Assembly: GCA_051294905.1 (NCBI GenBank)
Contig: CM119372.1
Coordinates: 14,076,001 to 14,140,000, forward strand
Reading direction: 5' to 3'
Source: Botryllus schlosseri
Lineage: Eukaryota
DNA: 64,000 nucleotides
Below, piece after piece: positions 34,501 through 46,009 of this stretch (the first letter of the stretch is position 1; each line of letters opens with the position of its first letter). Both the position numbers and the translations under genes were made by a program. Under the pieces are notes generated by a model. That model did not search any database and was not told the origin of the DNA. It saw nothing but the letters and a program-made list of their open reading frames with translations.

Positions 34501-37324
34501 GCATCTAAAGGCAGGTCAAAGTACTCTCTTACTGAGAACCATGTGCATAACAGTTCGTTAAGAAATGTTCTATAGCAACAAACACCCATCAACTGAGCGC
34601 ATATCCAAATCCATCCCAGGATGTGCGTCATCGGCTATTGCAAAGGTGTGATTCCCGCGAATTTTGAATGGTATATGGAGTATGTGTTACATAGTAGTGG
34701 TCCGTTTGAGTCAAGCTCAAGTGGGATCACTGAATAAACAAAACACTATAATCGAAAAAATAATATTTTTTCTGACTTTCTACAATGAATGCAGTTGACA
34801 AAATAATCAATAACCTGCAAAACATTTTCGCGATAAACTATAATACACACCTGCGCAGGTACTAGTCATTGGTATGTATAGTCCGATGTTTAATTTTATA
34901 TTTTTGAAGCCGTTCATATCATGAAATTGTACGTTTTATTGCAATCACCTGTGTTGATCATTTCAATGTTTTTGGTTTATTTATATTAGGAGATGAGAAA
35001 GGGGAGCACGAAATTTTTTACGATTATCGAGGGAATCTGGAAAGAGGTTTGTACCATCCCTATATTTCGTACCGCGTAATTCGTGCCGCAACCGCTATCA
35101 ATCAATGAAACCTGTAAATCGCTAGTATATAGTTCTTAACTCTAGAGGCAATTACAATTGTCCTTCAATATGCTCGGCTTTCCTCTTTTGACATTAAGTT
35201 TGATTTAAGATGTAAAGTATGAAAATGAACAATTGAACATTTATTCTATGCAGTGTTGGGATCAAGTCACTACCTTCGAGTCACGAGTCATCTCGAGTCA
35301 TTGCACATTTTGACTCGAGTCAAGTCAAGTCAATCGATTTTCGAAGGTGACTCGAGTCAAGTCAAGTCACTCGTTTTTTGGAGGTGACTCGAGTCAAGTC
35401 GAGTCAAGTCAAGTCAAGTCACGAGTCAAGTCACGATTCAAGTCAAATTGGATTTTCGAAGTATGAGTGATAATGCAAAGTCATTAAATTTTGCTAGCTG
35501 AGTGAAAGACAGATTAATTGGACATTTATGTTGCATCAAATTACAAATATAAAGGTAAATATACATGCAAAAAGGCGTTGTATCGCTCACGCAGCACACT
35601 AGATCTGCTAATAAAATACTTGAGTAACTGCTGCGTATAGATACATGTTACAGTCTGTTTTTATCAACGAAAATAGAGGATCGGGTACGAAGCCTCGAGA
35701 AGTCGTAACAAATTGATATGTTACAGTAGCCTACACTACCCATCTACACACCTGCGAGAATATAAACACATAAACGATGTTCGTTCGATTTAAATTGTAC
35801 CAGAGTGTTGGTAAAGGGGAGCACTGCGTACTGAGCACTGAGAAACAAAGATACGTTGCTATGGGATTAATCTACTACTGCTGCGACAACGGAAGTTGTG
35901 ATCGTTTCGTTTGCGGTCGATTTGCAATCAGTAAATGACTGGTTGCCCTCACCAGTGACATCGGCGTATCGCGAACAATCCGAACATACATAAAAAAGGA
36001 CGATTTAATCAACCGTTTAGTTGATGACTTGAAATTGACTCGTAAATTTTGCTCCGAGTCACGAGTCAATTGACATTTTTGAAGCGCCGAGTCAAGTCAA
36101 GTCAAGTCATTTTTGCAAAGTGACTCGAGTCAAGTCAAGTCATACGAAAATGTTGACTCGAGTCTGACTCGAGTCAAGTCATGACTCGAGTCATCCCAAC
36201 ACTGATTCTATGTATTTCACCACTAAAGTTGCAAGTATTATTTCATGACGAATGATTCATGAAACCTAGTAAAAATATGCAAGCAGTCTATTACCATACC
36301 TGACTTACGAGCATTCCCAGAACGACAACAACTAGGAAGCACCAAAAAACTTTCTCGTACTTGCTCTTGCTGCTGTATATCTGACTGACCCCGTGACAGG
36401 AAGTGTTCTCCGAGAAGTTGCGTCTTATCGCGCTCAACTCGTTTTCACTCATGGTTCCGATATTTATTCCCAACTTTGTAAGTTGATACTTTGACTGCTC
36501 CAAATTGTCCACTTCGGTCAGTTTAGCAGTCGTTCGAAGATGCGCTATACTTTGCTCAGTGTGGTGGACCACTGGTCCCCTTAAATTGATGTATCTGATA
36601 CGAAAGAAATATAACAGTTTCTTAGTAACAATTTAGTACGTAATCGGCCTACTACGCACCAGGGTTGTAATGACTGGAGTCCGACTCCAGTGGCGATTTT
36701 TGTGACTCGACTTGAGTGGAGTAAAAACTATAAAAGTGAGATTAACTTGTGGAACCGTGTGCGGCCGAACCGTGTACATGTACAACCCTGCTACGCATCA
36801 TATCACGGTAACGTACTTCGTACATCGATATTCTATCATTATTGCATGAGGAACCCCTTGTTTCGATGGTTTTAAGATATGAGACCATTTTACGCTACCT
36901 ACGACAATGTTCTATCTGAACTAACTGTATTGAGTGTATCTGTCGATTGAGAATTCACTACCAGGACAGCAGCGGGCGTAAGGTCAAGTCACAGGTACAG
37001 CGCAACCCATAATATTTGTTTAGCTACTATTGTACTTCAGGCACAGCTAGTCCGCCAATCTGCTGCACGGTGCCCCGAGTGATGTGGTGTTTATCCACCT
37101 TACGTCATACACAAAGCGCGCCATGTGTCTTATTTACTCCAGCCGAATCATAGGTGAACCGCCGCGTCACATCACCCTGTCCCGCAATTATCGGACTTTT
37201 CTAACCCTCGTCTTACACTGACATGCCTGCTTCCGCCTGGTCGTAGTGACTATTGCATTGAATTTGTATTTTACTTCCGCGTTTATTCTGTAGCTTACAT
37301 ATCGCTTCTAGGCTTAGTAATCAT
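9471..37324 (-). CDS. DEG/ENaC/ASIC-family (acid-sensing/bile-acid-sensitive-like) sodium channel subunit, 12 exons, ~512 aa
   Basis: Exons 5'->3': 37324-37299 (tentative start exon), 36594-36300, 26470-26361, 26143-26044, 25224-25114, 24567-24451, 23786-23637, 23411-23294, 16379-16284, 16219-16116, 15342-15192, 9631-9471; all GT-AG and phase-consistent. Motifs: NTSCHGV (HG motif), TM1 VFWCFLVVVVLGMLV, MPAITICNFNR, GKCWTF, GIKVQVH, PWGRC, 10 thumb Cys ending CECQPPC, TM2 LLSDVGGQLGLWLGISVVTIVD. Alternative start ATG at 36452. Confidence 0.93.
10788..11050 (-). mobile_element. tRNA-derived SINE copy
   Basis: Minus strand: A-box-like TAGGGTAATGG (11037-11027), B-box GTTCGATCC (10992-10984), ~200-nt body and (CT)n tail at 10803-10788. 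No TSD recognised. Confidence 0.6.
11663..11965 (+). pseudogene. hAT transposase C-terminal dimerization-domain remnant (ZMYM1/Tip100-like)
   Basis: LKLYLTIGVSIASCVRSFLKFKLIKSYLRSTMNDDRLSALPIMSIDRD matches the hATC consensus (S-x-ERSFS-x-LK-x-IK-x-YLRSTM...RL); upstream frames are disrupted. Confidence 0.85.
14171..14582. mobile_element. MITE with AAAACA subterminal repeats
   Basis: TIR TAGGATTGTATTTAAAACAAA vs TACGGTTGCATTTAAAACAAA; TSD GTTACCAA/GTTACCAT. Confidence 0.75.
14731..15035 (+). mobile_element. MITE, TAGGGTTACC-TIR family, copy 1
   Basis: TIR TAGGGTTACC; perfect TSD ACCTAACC; internal sequence shared with 22622-23059 and 26735-27122. Confidence 0.88.
15484..15962. mobile_element. 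Degenerate MITE (TAGGGCTG TIR)
   Basis: TAGGGCTGAGCGTATTGA at left vs reverse complement TAGGGCTGGGCAAAATTGA at right; TSD decayed (ATAATGTG/ATGATGAG). Confidence 0.55.
17859..18694 (+). mobile_element. Charlie/Buster-type hAT MITE (CAGGGGTGTCAAAC TIR)
   Basis: TIR plus GGCCCGCG subterminal motifs; perfect TSD CTCTATAG; internal sequence shared with 40700-43216 and the right part of 26594-28015. Confidence 0.9.
19233..19269. mobile_element. 37-bp perfect palindromic insertion with 8-bp TSD
   Basis: CAAAGTCACTCAACTATG-A-CATAGTTGAGTGACTTTG flanked by GGCTGGAT (19225-19232, 19270-19277). Confidence 0.8.
19313..21259. mobile_element. hAT-type element with GGAGTC subterminal repeats, nested in 18966-22549
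   Basis: TIR CAGGGCTGTGGAGTC; perfect TSD ATTATAAG (19305-19312, 21260-21267). Confidence 0.92.
22550..22581. repeat. (CA)16 microsatellite
   Basis: Perfect dinucleotide run directly abutting the right TIR of 18966-22549. Confidence 0.97.
22622..23059 (+). mobile_element. MITE, TAGGGTTACC-TIR family, copy 2
   Basis: TIRs TAGGGTTGCC/GGTAACCCTA; TSD GGTTACGA/GCTTACGA. Confidence 0.87.
25455..25615. repeat. C-rich minisatellite of ~20-bp units containing CCCTAA
   Basis: Degenerate tandem units such as CCAACCCTAATATCCCCCT. Confidence 0.8.
26735..27122 (-). mobile_element. MITE, TAGGGTTACC-TIR family, copy 3 (inverted relative to copies 1 and 2)
   Basis: TIR TAGGGTTACCATA; TSD ATATAAAA/ATATAAAG. 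Confidence 0.88.
27135..27600 (-). pseudogene. Non-LTR retrotransposon (CR1/L2/Jockey-group) reverse transcriptase fragment
   Basis: YKAGDRTNVNNYRHISVLPSIVIGFEKLLLSRL...QQFGFRKKH matches the YRPISLL...K..E and Q.GFR RT motifs; frameshifted downstream. Confidence 0.85.
28187..28218. mobile_element. 32-bp hairpin insertion with 7-bp TSD
   Basis: CGGGGCCTACGATA-CGAA-TATCGTAGGGCCCG (13/14 arm match) flanked by CTCGACC (28180-28186, 28219-28225). Confidence 0.7.
28263..29421. mobile_element. hAT MITE (CAGTGGTTCTCAAAC TIR)
   Basis: Matching TIRs; perfect TSD CATTGGAT. Confidence 0.9.
31066..32706. mobile_element. hAT-type MITE with CCCGAA/CCCGG subterminal arrays
   Basis: TIR CAGAGATGGAAG; perfect TSD GTCCGGGG; (CCCGAACCCGG)n at both ends. 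Confidence 0.92.
31660..32034 (+). mobile_element. Left-truncated copy of the CAGTGTTGGGAT family
   Basis: Full GACTT array and terminal GATCCCAACACTG at 32022-32034; matches the reverse complement of 35251-35620; left boundary approximate. Confidence 0.75.
35251..36204 (-). mobile_element. Uninterrupted CAGTGTTGGGAT-family MITE
   Basis: Matching TIRs; perfect TSD ATTCTATG; AAGTC/GACTCGAGTC arrays at both ends. Confidence 0.93.
36660..36790. mobile_element. 131-bp MITE (CAGGGTTGTA TIR)
   Basis: TIR CAGGGTTGTA; TSD CTACGCAC/CTACGCAT; the same left end occurs at 26608. Confidence 0.8.
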
Positions 37325-38531
37325 TTTAATTGTTTGTATCTCGTGATACCATCGCAAGCTTATTTCAGCCGCGAAAGATATCCACCCAGACGATCGGTAC
37401 GCCGCTGCTTGAGGTTGACTCCGGACGCTCAGAACACCAGGACAATGAGGACATTGTATTACGATCATTCTATCCGCGAATATCGCGCTAACACAGCGTC
37501 CGCCCACCAACTGCAGTAAACAGCTCGCACACAAAATTTACGATGCTACTATATTTCAACAACCAATTTCAGCAATCAACTTCGACGTCGAACTCAACCG
37601 ACATGTCACGAACAAGTAACGCATCATATCTGATACCAGCAAGGCACGGCAAAGGAGTAGCACACCCATCGCCACTGTACCTCTTATGCGTGAATCGCCG
37701 CGAATATTTTGGACCACTGTCAAACGTGGTCTGAGATTCACACAGACTTTACCCGATGCATCCACAAGCACGCAGCAATCACGCCACCGCGCTCGTACCC
37801 GGACGCCCAAATGGGTAAAATCCCAATTGTACGGCTCAATACCGGCATCTCACGGCACGTACGGATCCAATATTTGTAGAATGTAAACATTTGTACTCAG
37901 CGATTATTAGCTGTTCTGAAAATACTTCTGCTCCTTACGCGCGATTAATGGAAATCTAGCATCACCTCGCGTGGTGATTTTCATATTAGGATTAATTTAT
38001 ATTTTTTTCTTTCTATTCTAATTTTTAAAGGCTAATAGCGTACATTATAATATAAAACACACTGGTTACCGCCACTAATTAGGCATAACTGCATGTTTTG
38101 GCATCCCTTTTTCGGTTAACATTTTGTTTTATATTTCGTCTTCCTTCGTGGCAGATACCAAATATAATATTTTCTCTACGTTATGGCCCTTCCGTTTCAC
38201 CTATTTCCCCTCCTTCCGCCGGTCCCCTTAATGCCACGGTTCATAAGCAGGGGTCCAGGGCCCCCTTGGGGGTATGAAGCACCAAAGTAGGTGTATACGA
38301 GATGCAGTGTGCAATTATACGTTATTTCATTACGCACATTATTTTGCAAATTAACATAAAGTAGAATATTATTGACCTAATTTCTACAACTCGAAATTTT
38401 ATTCACGCTTCGCGCGATTCCGTTTCAAGAGCATTCTTACTTTAAATTTGGGTATATGTCATACTCTCCGACAAAATAATGGTAGGCTGATAATAAAAAA
38501 TACAACATAAGTTGCAGAAATGAGTCTAGAC

Positions 38532-39839
38532 CAGTGGTTCCCAACGTGGGCGATATCGCCCCCCAGGGGGCGATTTGACGGTTCAGGGGGGGGGCGAAAA
38601 TAGCCAAGGGGGCGATAGGGGGGCGATGGCGCGTTGTAATGGCTTTGGCGTCCATGACCGTAACTGCCACACCCAAACCCCCAATTTGGATGGGGGCCCG
38701 AGCTCGAAGGAGGCCCACAATTTTTTCGTGGCCCACAATTAATCATAGAGTATTATTTTGGAAATTTACGCCACTTTTTTAGAAAATTTTCGCGCTGCGC
38801 GCCATTTCGTGGTGACATGTTTCCTGCTTATTGGATACCCTTCCTCCAAGAAACAATACACATGAGTTATAGAAATGGGCATCTCGGCGTCAGCCATTAT
38901 CACACCATGACGCACCAAGACATATGAAGTTTCAGGCCAGGTAACATGCGACTCCGAGAAGTGTGCCAGAACGAGAAAACCTTGGCGGAAAAGGACTGCC
39001 TTTATATGCTGACCGACTTCGATATAGATACGATATACCTATATATTTAATTATCCATAGGCGCCTAAATGGCTGGTGCCAAATGTTCCTGTCCTGGCCA
39101 ATCAGAACCCCACAATAAATGCCATCTAGCAAAGAAAAATTAATTGCCAGTGCAGAAATACCAATTTGAAATCATGTGCGTCTTTCAGTTTAGTACGTAC
39201 GGCGATTTGAATATCTTTCGACATAGCAGATAGGCCACGAAATTTCATTACGTAACGAATTCATTATACCCACGGTTCCGCCCGAATATGTTCAATTATT
39301 ATTTACGGGCCCTACATTTTCCAAGACACCTCACTCAGCTTCACCGGTAAATCTGAATACATGAGCAGAGAGAGAGGATGAAAATTGACAACAATATATA
39401 TGCTATTCCCGATCATATTGACTGATTCAATCATGAATGATCGAAATCGAGATCGAGTTAGGCCGACTAACTAAAGTGTCCAACAATTTGTGCTGAGAAG
39501 TAGCGGTAAAGAGTTATCGGAGTTAGGTATGAGGGGTTCAGAAGTTTGCTTTATCGCCCTATGGAGGGGGGAAAGGCCAGCGTATTGGGGGGCTGACGAA
39601 GTGCTGTAACGGTCCTTTGGGAATCAAGTCGAAGAAATCACTTTTCTTGTTAGTCAACCAAAATTTAGCTGGAAAAGTGTAATTTCGAGGTCGAGCCGAA
39701 AAGTTGACCTTTTTTCTTAGTCAACTCGCCGGTGATTTCAGTCTGTATGCCAATTTTTTGGTTCCCAATATTTGGGGGGCGATTATCGGCGTGGAGTTGG
39801 AAAAGGGGGCGATGAGTCGAAAAAGGTTGGGAACCACTG
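38532..39839. mobile_element. Charlie/Buster-type hAT MITE (CAGTGGTTCCCAAC TIR)
   Basis: Matching TIRs; perfect palindromic TSD GTCTAGAC; GGGGGCGA subterminal motifs. Confidence 0.93.
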
Positions 39840-41370
39840 GTCTAGACTTTTTCGCAATTATGAGAGAATAGTGCCTTGAGGTTGTTAGGATGCTTTAGTC
39901 GAGGGGTGTGACACCTGCTGGGGTGGAACTATCACACTTCCGCAATCCGTCGCTGGCCGTAACTTCCACCCCATAACACGGCAAGACCTGTGACATTTCG
40001 GTGCACCGGTGATTTACACTTGGACCCTAAAATCACAGCACATCGGCGAATCCTTCGATATTAATATCCCCAGTCGCTGAAATGTCTCATCTGCTGTATC
40101 TGTCAACCCGAGTCGGTCTGCTGTCGTATCTCCAAGTCAATGCGGAATAGATAACACCTATCTCCTGTCTACACGTATATTCCATCAGGGCGGTTCGGGC
40201 AGCAATTACGCAATCTATATACAAAATTTAAGATTTGTTTTGTTATGAGTATCTCCCACGGATTATAACAACCGTTACAGGAAGATTCTTCGCTTTATGG
40301 GAACGTTATATACACAATGGCACCACGCAATGGGAAATATGAGCCTATACATAAATCAATAAAGATCTATATAACAGTGTTGACATGAAAATTATTCTTT
40401 TGTTATTAGAGGCTGCCAACCTATTTATCTCGATAAAATTTTGCTTGATCATGTAATATCATGAAGTAGATGATACTCCTGATGTCCTGAACTGTGTATA
40501 TAGCATTAAGTTCATCGGTCCAGTATGTCCGAGCCCCCGAACGTAGGTTTGAAACCGAAAAAAAAACTTAGGGTTAATACAAAAATTGCAACTACAACTT
40601 GGACGCGACATGCAGAATCTTTGTAAACATTCCTCATAAACTCGGATAACGTGTGCATCTCCGGAATTTTCATTGATAATAATCGTGAATACCTTACGTC
40701 ATGGTTGTCAAGCATACGGCCCGCGACGCAATTCTTAAAATTGCTGTACTATCCAGCACATTTCTAACAAATGTTTAAATTTTTAGTCCGAAATATTTTC
40801 AATAAATTATCCCTCAAGCCAGCAAATGTCGAATATGTTCGTAGGCCACATTATAGCCACCCGACAGTGATGTTGCGGTTACACTGTAGTCACCATCGGC
40901 GACAAGTCGCTGCCATTGACACCCAATTCCGAGAAGGCAGGAACGTGCACAGTGCGTTCACAGTTAGAAACCGGTATATGAAGGTTACATGGAGAATATA
41001 ATTATGAGACACAAATATATAATTTAAATATATGTGGTCGCACTCCTTTTTCGCTTATGGCTTAACAGCTCATCGGCCTCCAGAGAAACCCGAATCGCGA
41101 TCTAATAACAATGAACCAAATTTCAACGCCTACGTTTACGGTTAATATTCCCCACAATGCATATACTATACACAAGACTATATTGTCAGATTACAACTAA
41201 AGCCAAGCAATCATAGTAATATGACAACGTATATCATCCGTAAAGCCGCTGTTTTGGCAGTTTATATGACTATTAAACCAGCCAATCATCGTAATTTTGC
41301 CAATTCCATTGTTTGCGAATAAAGGTGTTGGTAGAATAGCACCCTATATGGTCCGTGATATACCGTAATA

Positions 41371-43170
41371 CGGGGGTCGGCAACCCCTGGCACGAGTGCC
41401 AATCGCGGCACGCAAGTTGAATCTTCACGGCACGCCAAATAAATGAACATTGTACGACATGTTAAAATCGTGTTGCGAAAAGTGAATGAGAAGTTTTCAA
41501 AATGGAAAAAGCTCGAGAGTGACCAAAAATTATATTGAGTCTTTTGGACTATTTCATTGATCTCGAAAATTTTCTCCCCACTTCGCGCGATTTATTGGAA
41601 CCGAATTTGATTTCAATGTGGATAGCTGGATACCTCCCGAAATGCATCGAAAATATACAAAATCTGATTAATGTACACTGTACAGTAGGGTTGTTCAAAA
41701 AAAAACTTTTTTTTCCAAATCTCACTCGCCTAATGACTAAATCGTCAGGTTGTCTAAGAAAACAATGCACACCAAATTTGACTCAATTCCAACCAGTAGA
41801 GGCCGTGCAATCTTGAATTGAATTTTTTTAATGTATTATTAAAAATTCAAAAAAAAAAATTTCAAATTTTTCTGTCAACCCCATGAAATTGTTAAGCTGT
41901 CTTCAAAGACGATGCAAAACAAATTTGAGTCAATTCCGACTTGTAGAAGCGGAGTTATTCGAGTTTTTCGTTGATATTTCTTGGATTATCCTTGATCCGG
42001 GGATTATCAACGAAAAACTCAAATAGTTCCGCTTCTACAAGTCGGAATCGACTCAAATTTGTTTTGCATCGTCTTTGAAGACAGCTCAACAATTTCATGG
42101 GGTTAAGAGAAAATTTTGAGAATTTTTTTTTTAATTTTTAATAATAAATTAAAAATTTCAATTCAAGATTGCACGGCCTTTACTGGTTGGAATTGAGTCA
42201 AATTTGGTGTGCATCGTTTTCTTGGACAACCTGACGATTTAGTCACCAGGCGAGTGAGATTTGGAAAAAAAGGTTTTTTTGAACAACCCTACTGTACAGC
42301 AATGACTCTAAACGTATTGGTAATTATGAGAGAACGGCATGCCAATATCATATGTGACCGTTGGGATGATTTAGTCTAGGGGTGCGCTCTGTGCAGCCAT
42401 CAGGGATATCTATATATCCCTACGTGCAGCTTGTCGAAGCGCGACTAGTAGAAACCGGCATTTCGGCCCTGGGTGTTTCTAAGGTAGGAAACACCAAGAC
42501 ATAATGTTTCGGGAAACATGCGACTCCGTGATGTGCGCTCCTAAAATGCTTGGCGGCGATAAAATCTTTAAATTAAATAACCGTCGCATGTTGGCCAAAA
42601 CGTTCAATATTGATATGTCGATACTGAGCCCCGCGACAAAATGCGAATTTGGAGTGGTGTTCGTCTCACGAAAAGAGATTTTATTCTAGTTTCGTTTGGT
42701 ACGTGTGAGCGATTCCAATACATCTTTACCGCAGACAAATCGATTGCATGATACAGGGTTGGACACATTTTTATGATCAACTCATACCGTTGTAACAACG
42801 TTGGTGCACTTGTAACTTATCTGCTATATGCTATCGAACACAGTGGATTTGGAAACTACAAGTAACCATAGAGAATCGATCGATCTTAGCGTGAATAGAT
42901 TCTTTTGCAATAAATTAGGCAAATAATACGTACCACATTAAATGATATCTCTGGTGCGGTAGAGACCACATTTCATACCTTTCGCGACCCATACTTTCAG
43001 AACCACTGGCTTAACCGATGCCGTTGCAAGCTTCAGATAAGCGGTTGGTGGAATTCCTTGCTTGAAACGATAAATATGACAAAACTAAAAAATTTTGGCA
43101 CGCCAGTTGGTAATATTTTTTTAAAATGACATATTTTGGCACGCTGCACACTAAAGCTTGCCGAATCCGG
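41371..43170. mobile_element. Decayed hAT MITE with GGCACG subterminal motifs
   Basis: Left CGGGGGTCGGCAAC plus GGCACG repeats; right GGCACG repeats then TTGCCGAATCCGG; TSD not clearly preserved. Confidence 0.6.
41686..42291. mobile_element. 606-bp foldback-like element (almost entirely inverted repeat)
   Basis: Arms of ~290 bp from TAGGGTTGTTCAAAA to TTTTGAACAACCCTA, ~25-30-nt spacer near 41978-42004; flanked by CTGTACAG on both sides. Confidence 0.92.
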
Positions 43171-43434
43171 CCGACTAGAATCCGGTCCACGATTCAAGTT
43201 CACTTTGACACCCCTGCCTTACATTAATTGAGATGCGCACATCGCGCAGGGATATATGACCTGGCCATTAATATGATTTGGTCACCAAGGGCCACTACAG
43301 GCTTAAAAGAACACACGCTACCAAACGAATAAGAAACTGAGGAATAGTTGGATGCTGAACTGTAACTGAATTGGTATTGTCGAAGTAACTTAGACTCACA
43401 TCGTAACTACTCAACTATTGATGTACAGTACCAC

Positions 43435-44680
43435 CAGAGGTGGTCAAAGCAGTCAAGAAACCTACTCGAGTAGAAGTAGAAGTAGCGACGGAAAATCTAC
43501 TCAAGTATGAGTAGAAGTACTTCTATAAGCAACCCAAAACTACTTGAAGTAGAAGTAGAATTGACTGACTTTAAATCTACTCAAGTAAGTAAGTAGTTGT
43601 GAAAATGATCATAATTCGTTCGCATGGACTGTCAAAAGCTGCAAATGGAGCTATGCGGAAACTGTAGATAGCTTGACTCATATTGATGCTCCTCAGGAGA
43701 TGTCAATGTTTGATGGAATAAGCAGTCGTATACATCATGAGATGTAAATGATATTATTGATATGCAAATGCGATACTAATCCATTGTTTACTCGAACACC
43801 CAGTTTTAAAGGATATCATGGCATGGACCCCTCCACCATATTATAAGGCCCCTAGTTCAGTCGAAGAGCAATACGAAGAAGTTGTGTTGGATACGGCTTT
43901 AACACTTTGCGCGATTAGTACCCGTTAATTAAAATATGGCAGATCGTAAAAATGCCATATAGTATATAGCTTTATTATCGGAAAATATAAGGCATTACTT
44001 GCTTTTATACTTCAACATGTATGTTCTCCATACAAAAGAACTGAAACTATAATTAGAACTCAACGTATAATACAAGTATAATTAAAAGAAAAATACAAAT
44101 ATCACTTCCAAAAAGCGTAAGATATATTTCATGTCTTTTGTCCAGAAAGTTTCAACGGCGGTCTGCTAAAACAGGTCTAAAGTTTAAAAAAAGTCACTTT
44201 TCCACTTTTCCAGGACACATCATGGGATGCTAGGTATAATACGCAATTGCTAGAGTGCGAAACGGTAGTTTCAAACGTTATGGGGGACCATAATTACTGT
44301 GATGAAGTAATTGATATAGGCGAGAATGCGGTGCGAACGGAACCATGCAACCCGGCATCTACATTACATTCAGCGATACTTTCGTTAAAACATATTTGTT
44401 ACCCATATCTACTGTGCGCAAAGCACAACGAAAATTCTGGGTATTACATGACTTTTATGCAAATTAAATGTTGGTACTACGTGAAAACAGCCCCGAAATT
44501 CCTCAGGCTATCTTTCTTCTACTTGACAAACTGAAAATAGCGTAAAGTAAGTAAGTAGTTCACAAAATATGACGAAGTAGAAGTAGCGAATAAATATCTA
44601 CTTGAGTAAGTACCAGAAGTAGAGGAAAACTACTTGAGTACTTCGAAAAAGTAGAAGTACTTCGTTACTGAACACCTCTG
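43435..44680 (+). mobile_element. hAT-type MITE with AAGTAG/CTACTT arrays, copy 1
   Basis: TIR CAGAGGTG(G/T)TCA; perfect TSD AGTACCAC; second, inverted copy at 62295-63548. Confidence 0.92.
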
Positions 44681-44765
44681 AGTACCACCCATGTATGTTA
44701 AAGTAATTTAATTGGTGATAAAGGTTCCACTACAAATGGGGTGCGCAATATTCATTTATTTAATT

Positions 44766-46009
44766 CAGTGGTTCTTGACCTATTTTCCTCCAGCGCCCCT
44801 TTTCAAAAATTGCCTGGGTCTGGCGCCCCCTATTTTGAGAACTCTAGTAAAAACAATGAACCAGTATGGAATCGGTGTCTTGCGCTCACACGATGCTTTA
44901 TTTTATTATTATTTTTATTCAATTACTTTAACTTGGAGAATCATCGCTACTCACCTGATATATCAGACAAAACGTACCAAAGTCGAGGTCCGGTAAGTTC
45001 TTTCGGGTCGAGACTTTACTATTGAAAATATTTTGCGCTTGAATCGCGAACGAGGAGCACTCGAGTAATTAATGATATAATAAATGTATATGTGCTATAT
45101 TCGGGATCAAATCAAGGTTGGTTATTTATACCAACCATCGGGTAGGCTCATCGACTCATACCATTTAGTCCGAGTCCGATGTACACATCCTGAATTCCCC
45201 TCAGCGATTTACAATACGGGGATTTAATTGTATTGGTTTTTGTTTTATTGCTCCTTGTTACTAGCAACTGAAAATGTGGCAGAGATCTTTGCTCACATTG
45301 AATTTAGTACTGCTTAATTTAGTACTGCTCCAGCTCTTATCTCCAAGATAAATGTATTCCAAACAAAGTAAACCATATTATATAACGTTCATGTGTGTTG
45401 CGGGTCACAAAACTGAACAGTATGATCCTTTATGATACAATGAAGAAATATTCCGAAAATTTAATCTTTAGCTCTCTAATCTAAATATATGTAGTTAATC
45501 ATTTTGAACAAAAAGCTTCAAAGCATATATCTTGTAAAGTGGTACAGTTGTGCGACTTCGATTTTGAGACGACATGCGCTGCGGGATAAGATAGGCTACC
45601 TAACATTTTGTGGAAAATAACCCGAGCTAGCGTGACGGGAGTGTTTTAACGGGGAATTGGCGATCCAAAAGTACGCACAATTCATTTTACATGAATTATA
45701 ATAAACCACTGCATTCATGGCAACGTCTCACGTGTAAGTTTCGCGCGTAGCGCGACGAAAAATCTCGAAATTTGACAGATTTTGTCGAATGTTAATTTGC
45801 AATATGAGAACTCAGGGATATATAGAACTATTATTATACTATAAAATCATATGTCCCTACTACACAATCTAGTGCGACGCCATTTTTCTTCAGCGCCCCC
45901 CATACCACCCCTGAGCCCAACGCCCCCCATTTCGCCCCCAGGCGTTTACGCCCCCTTTAAAATTCAAATCGCCCCTGGGGGGCGCTGGAGACAAGGTTAA
46001 GAACCACTG
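44766..46009. mobile_element. Charlie/Buster-type hAT MITE (CAGTGGTTCTT TIR)
   Basis: Matching TIRs; perfect TSD ATTTAATT; CGCCCC subterminal motifs. Confidence 0.9.

Larger units (their letters stand above)
40700..43216 (+). mobile_element. Charlie/Buster-type MITE of the 17859 family, host of nested elements
   Basis: Decayed left TIR CATGGTTGTCAAGC, right TIR TTTGACACCCCTG; TSD CCTTACGT/CCTTACAT; internal similarity to 17859-18694. Confidence 0.8.

Noticed and set aside
37330..37890. Cluster of short ORFs upstream of the channel gene
   Set aside because: No motifs or consistent exon chain; more likely promoter or 5' UTR.
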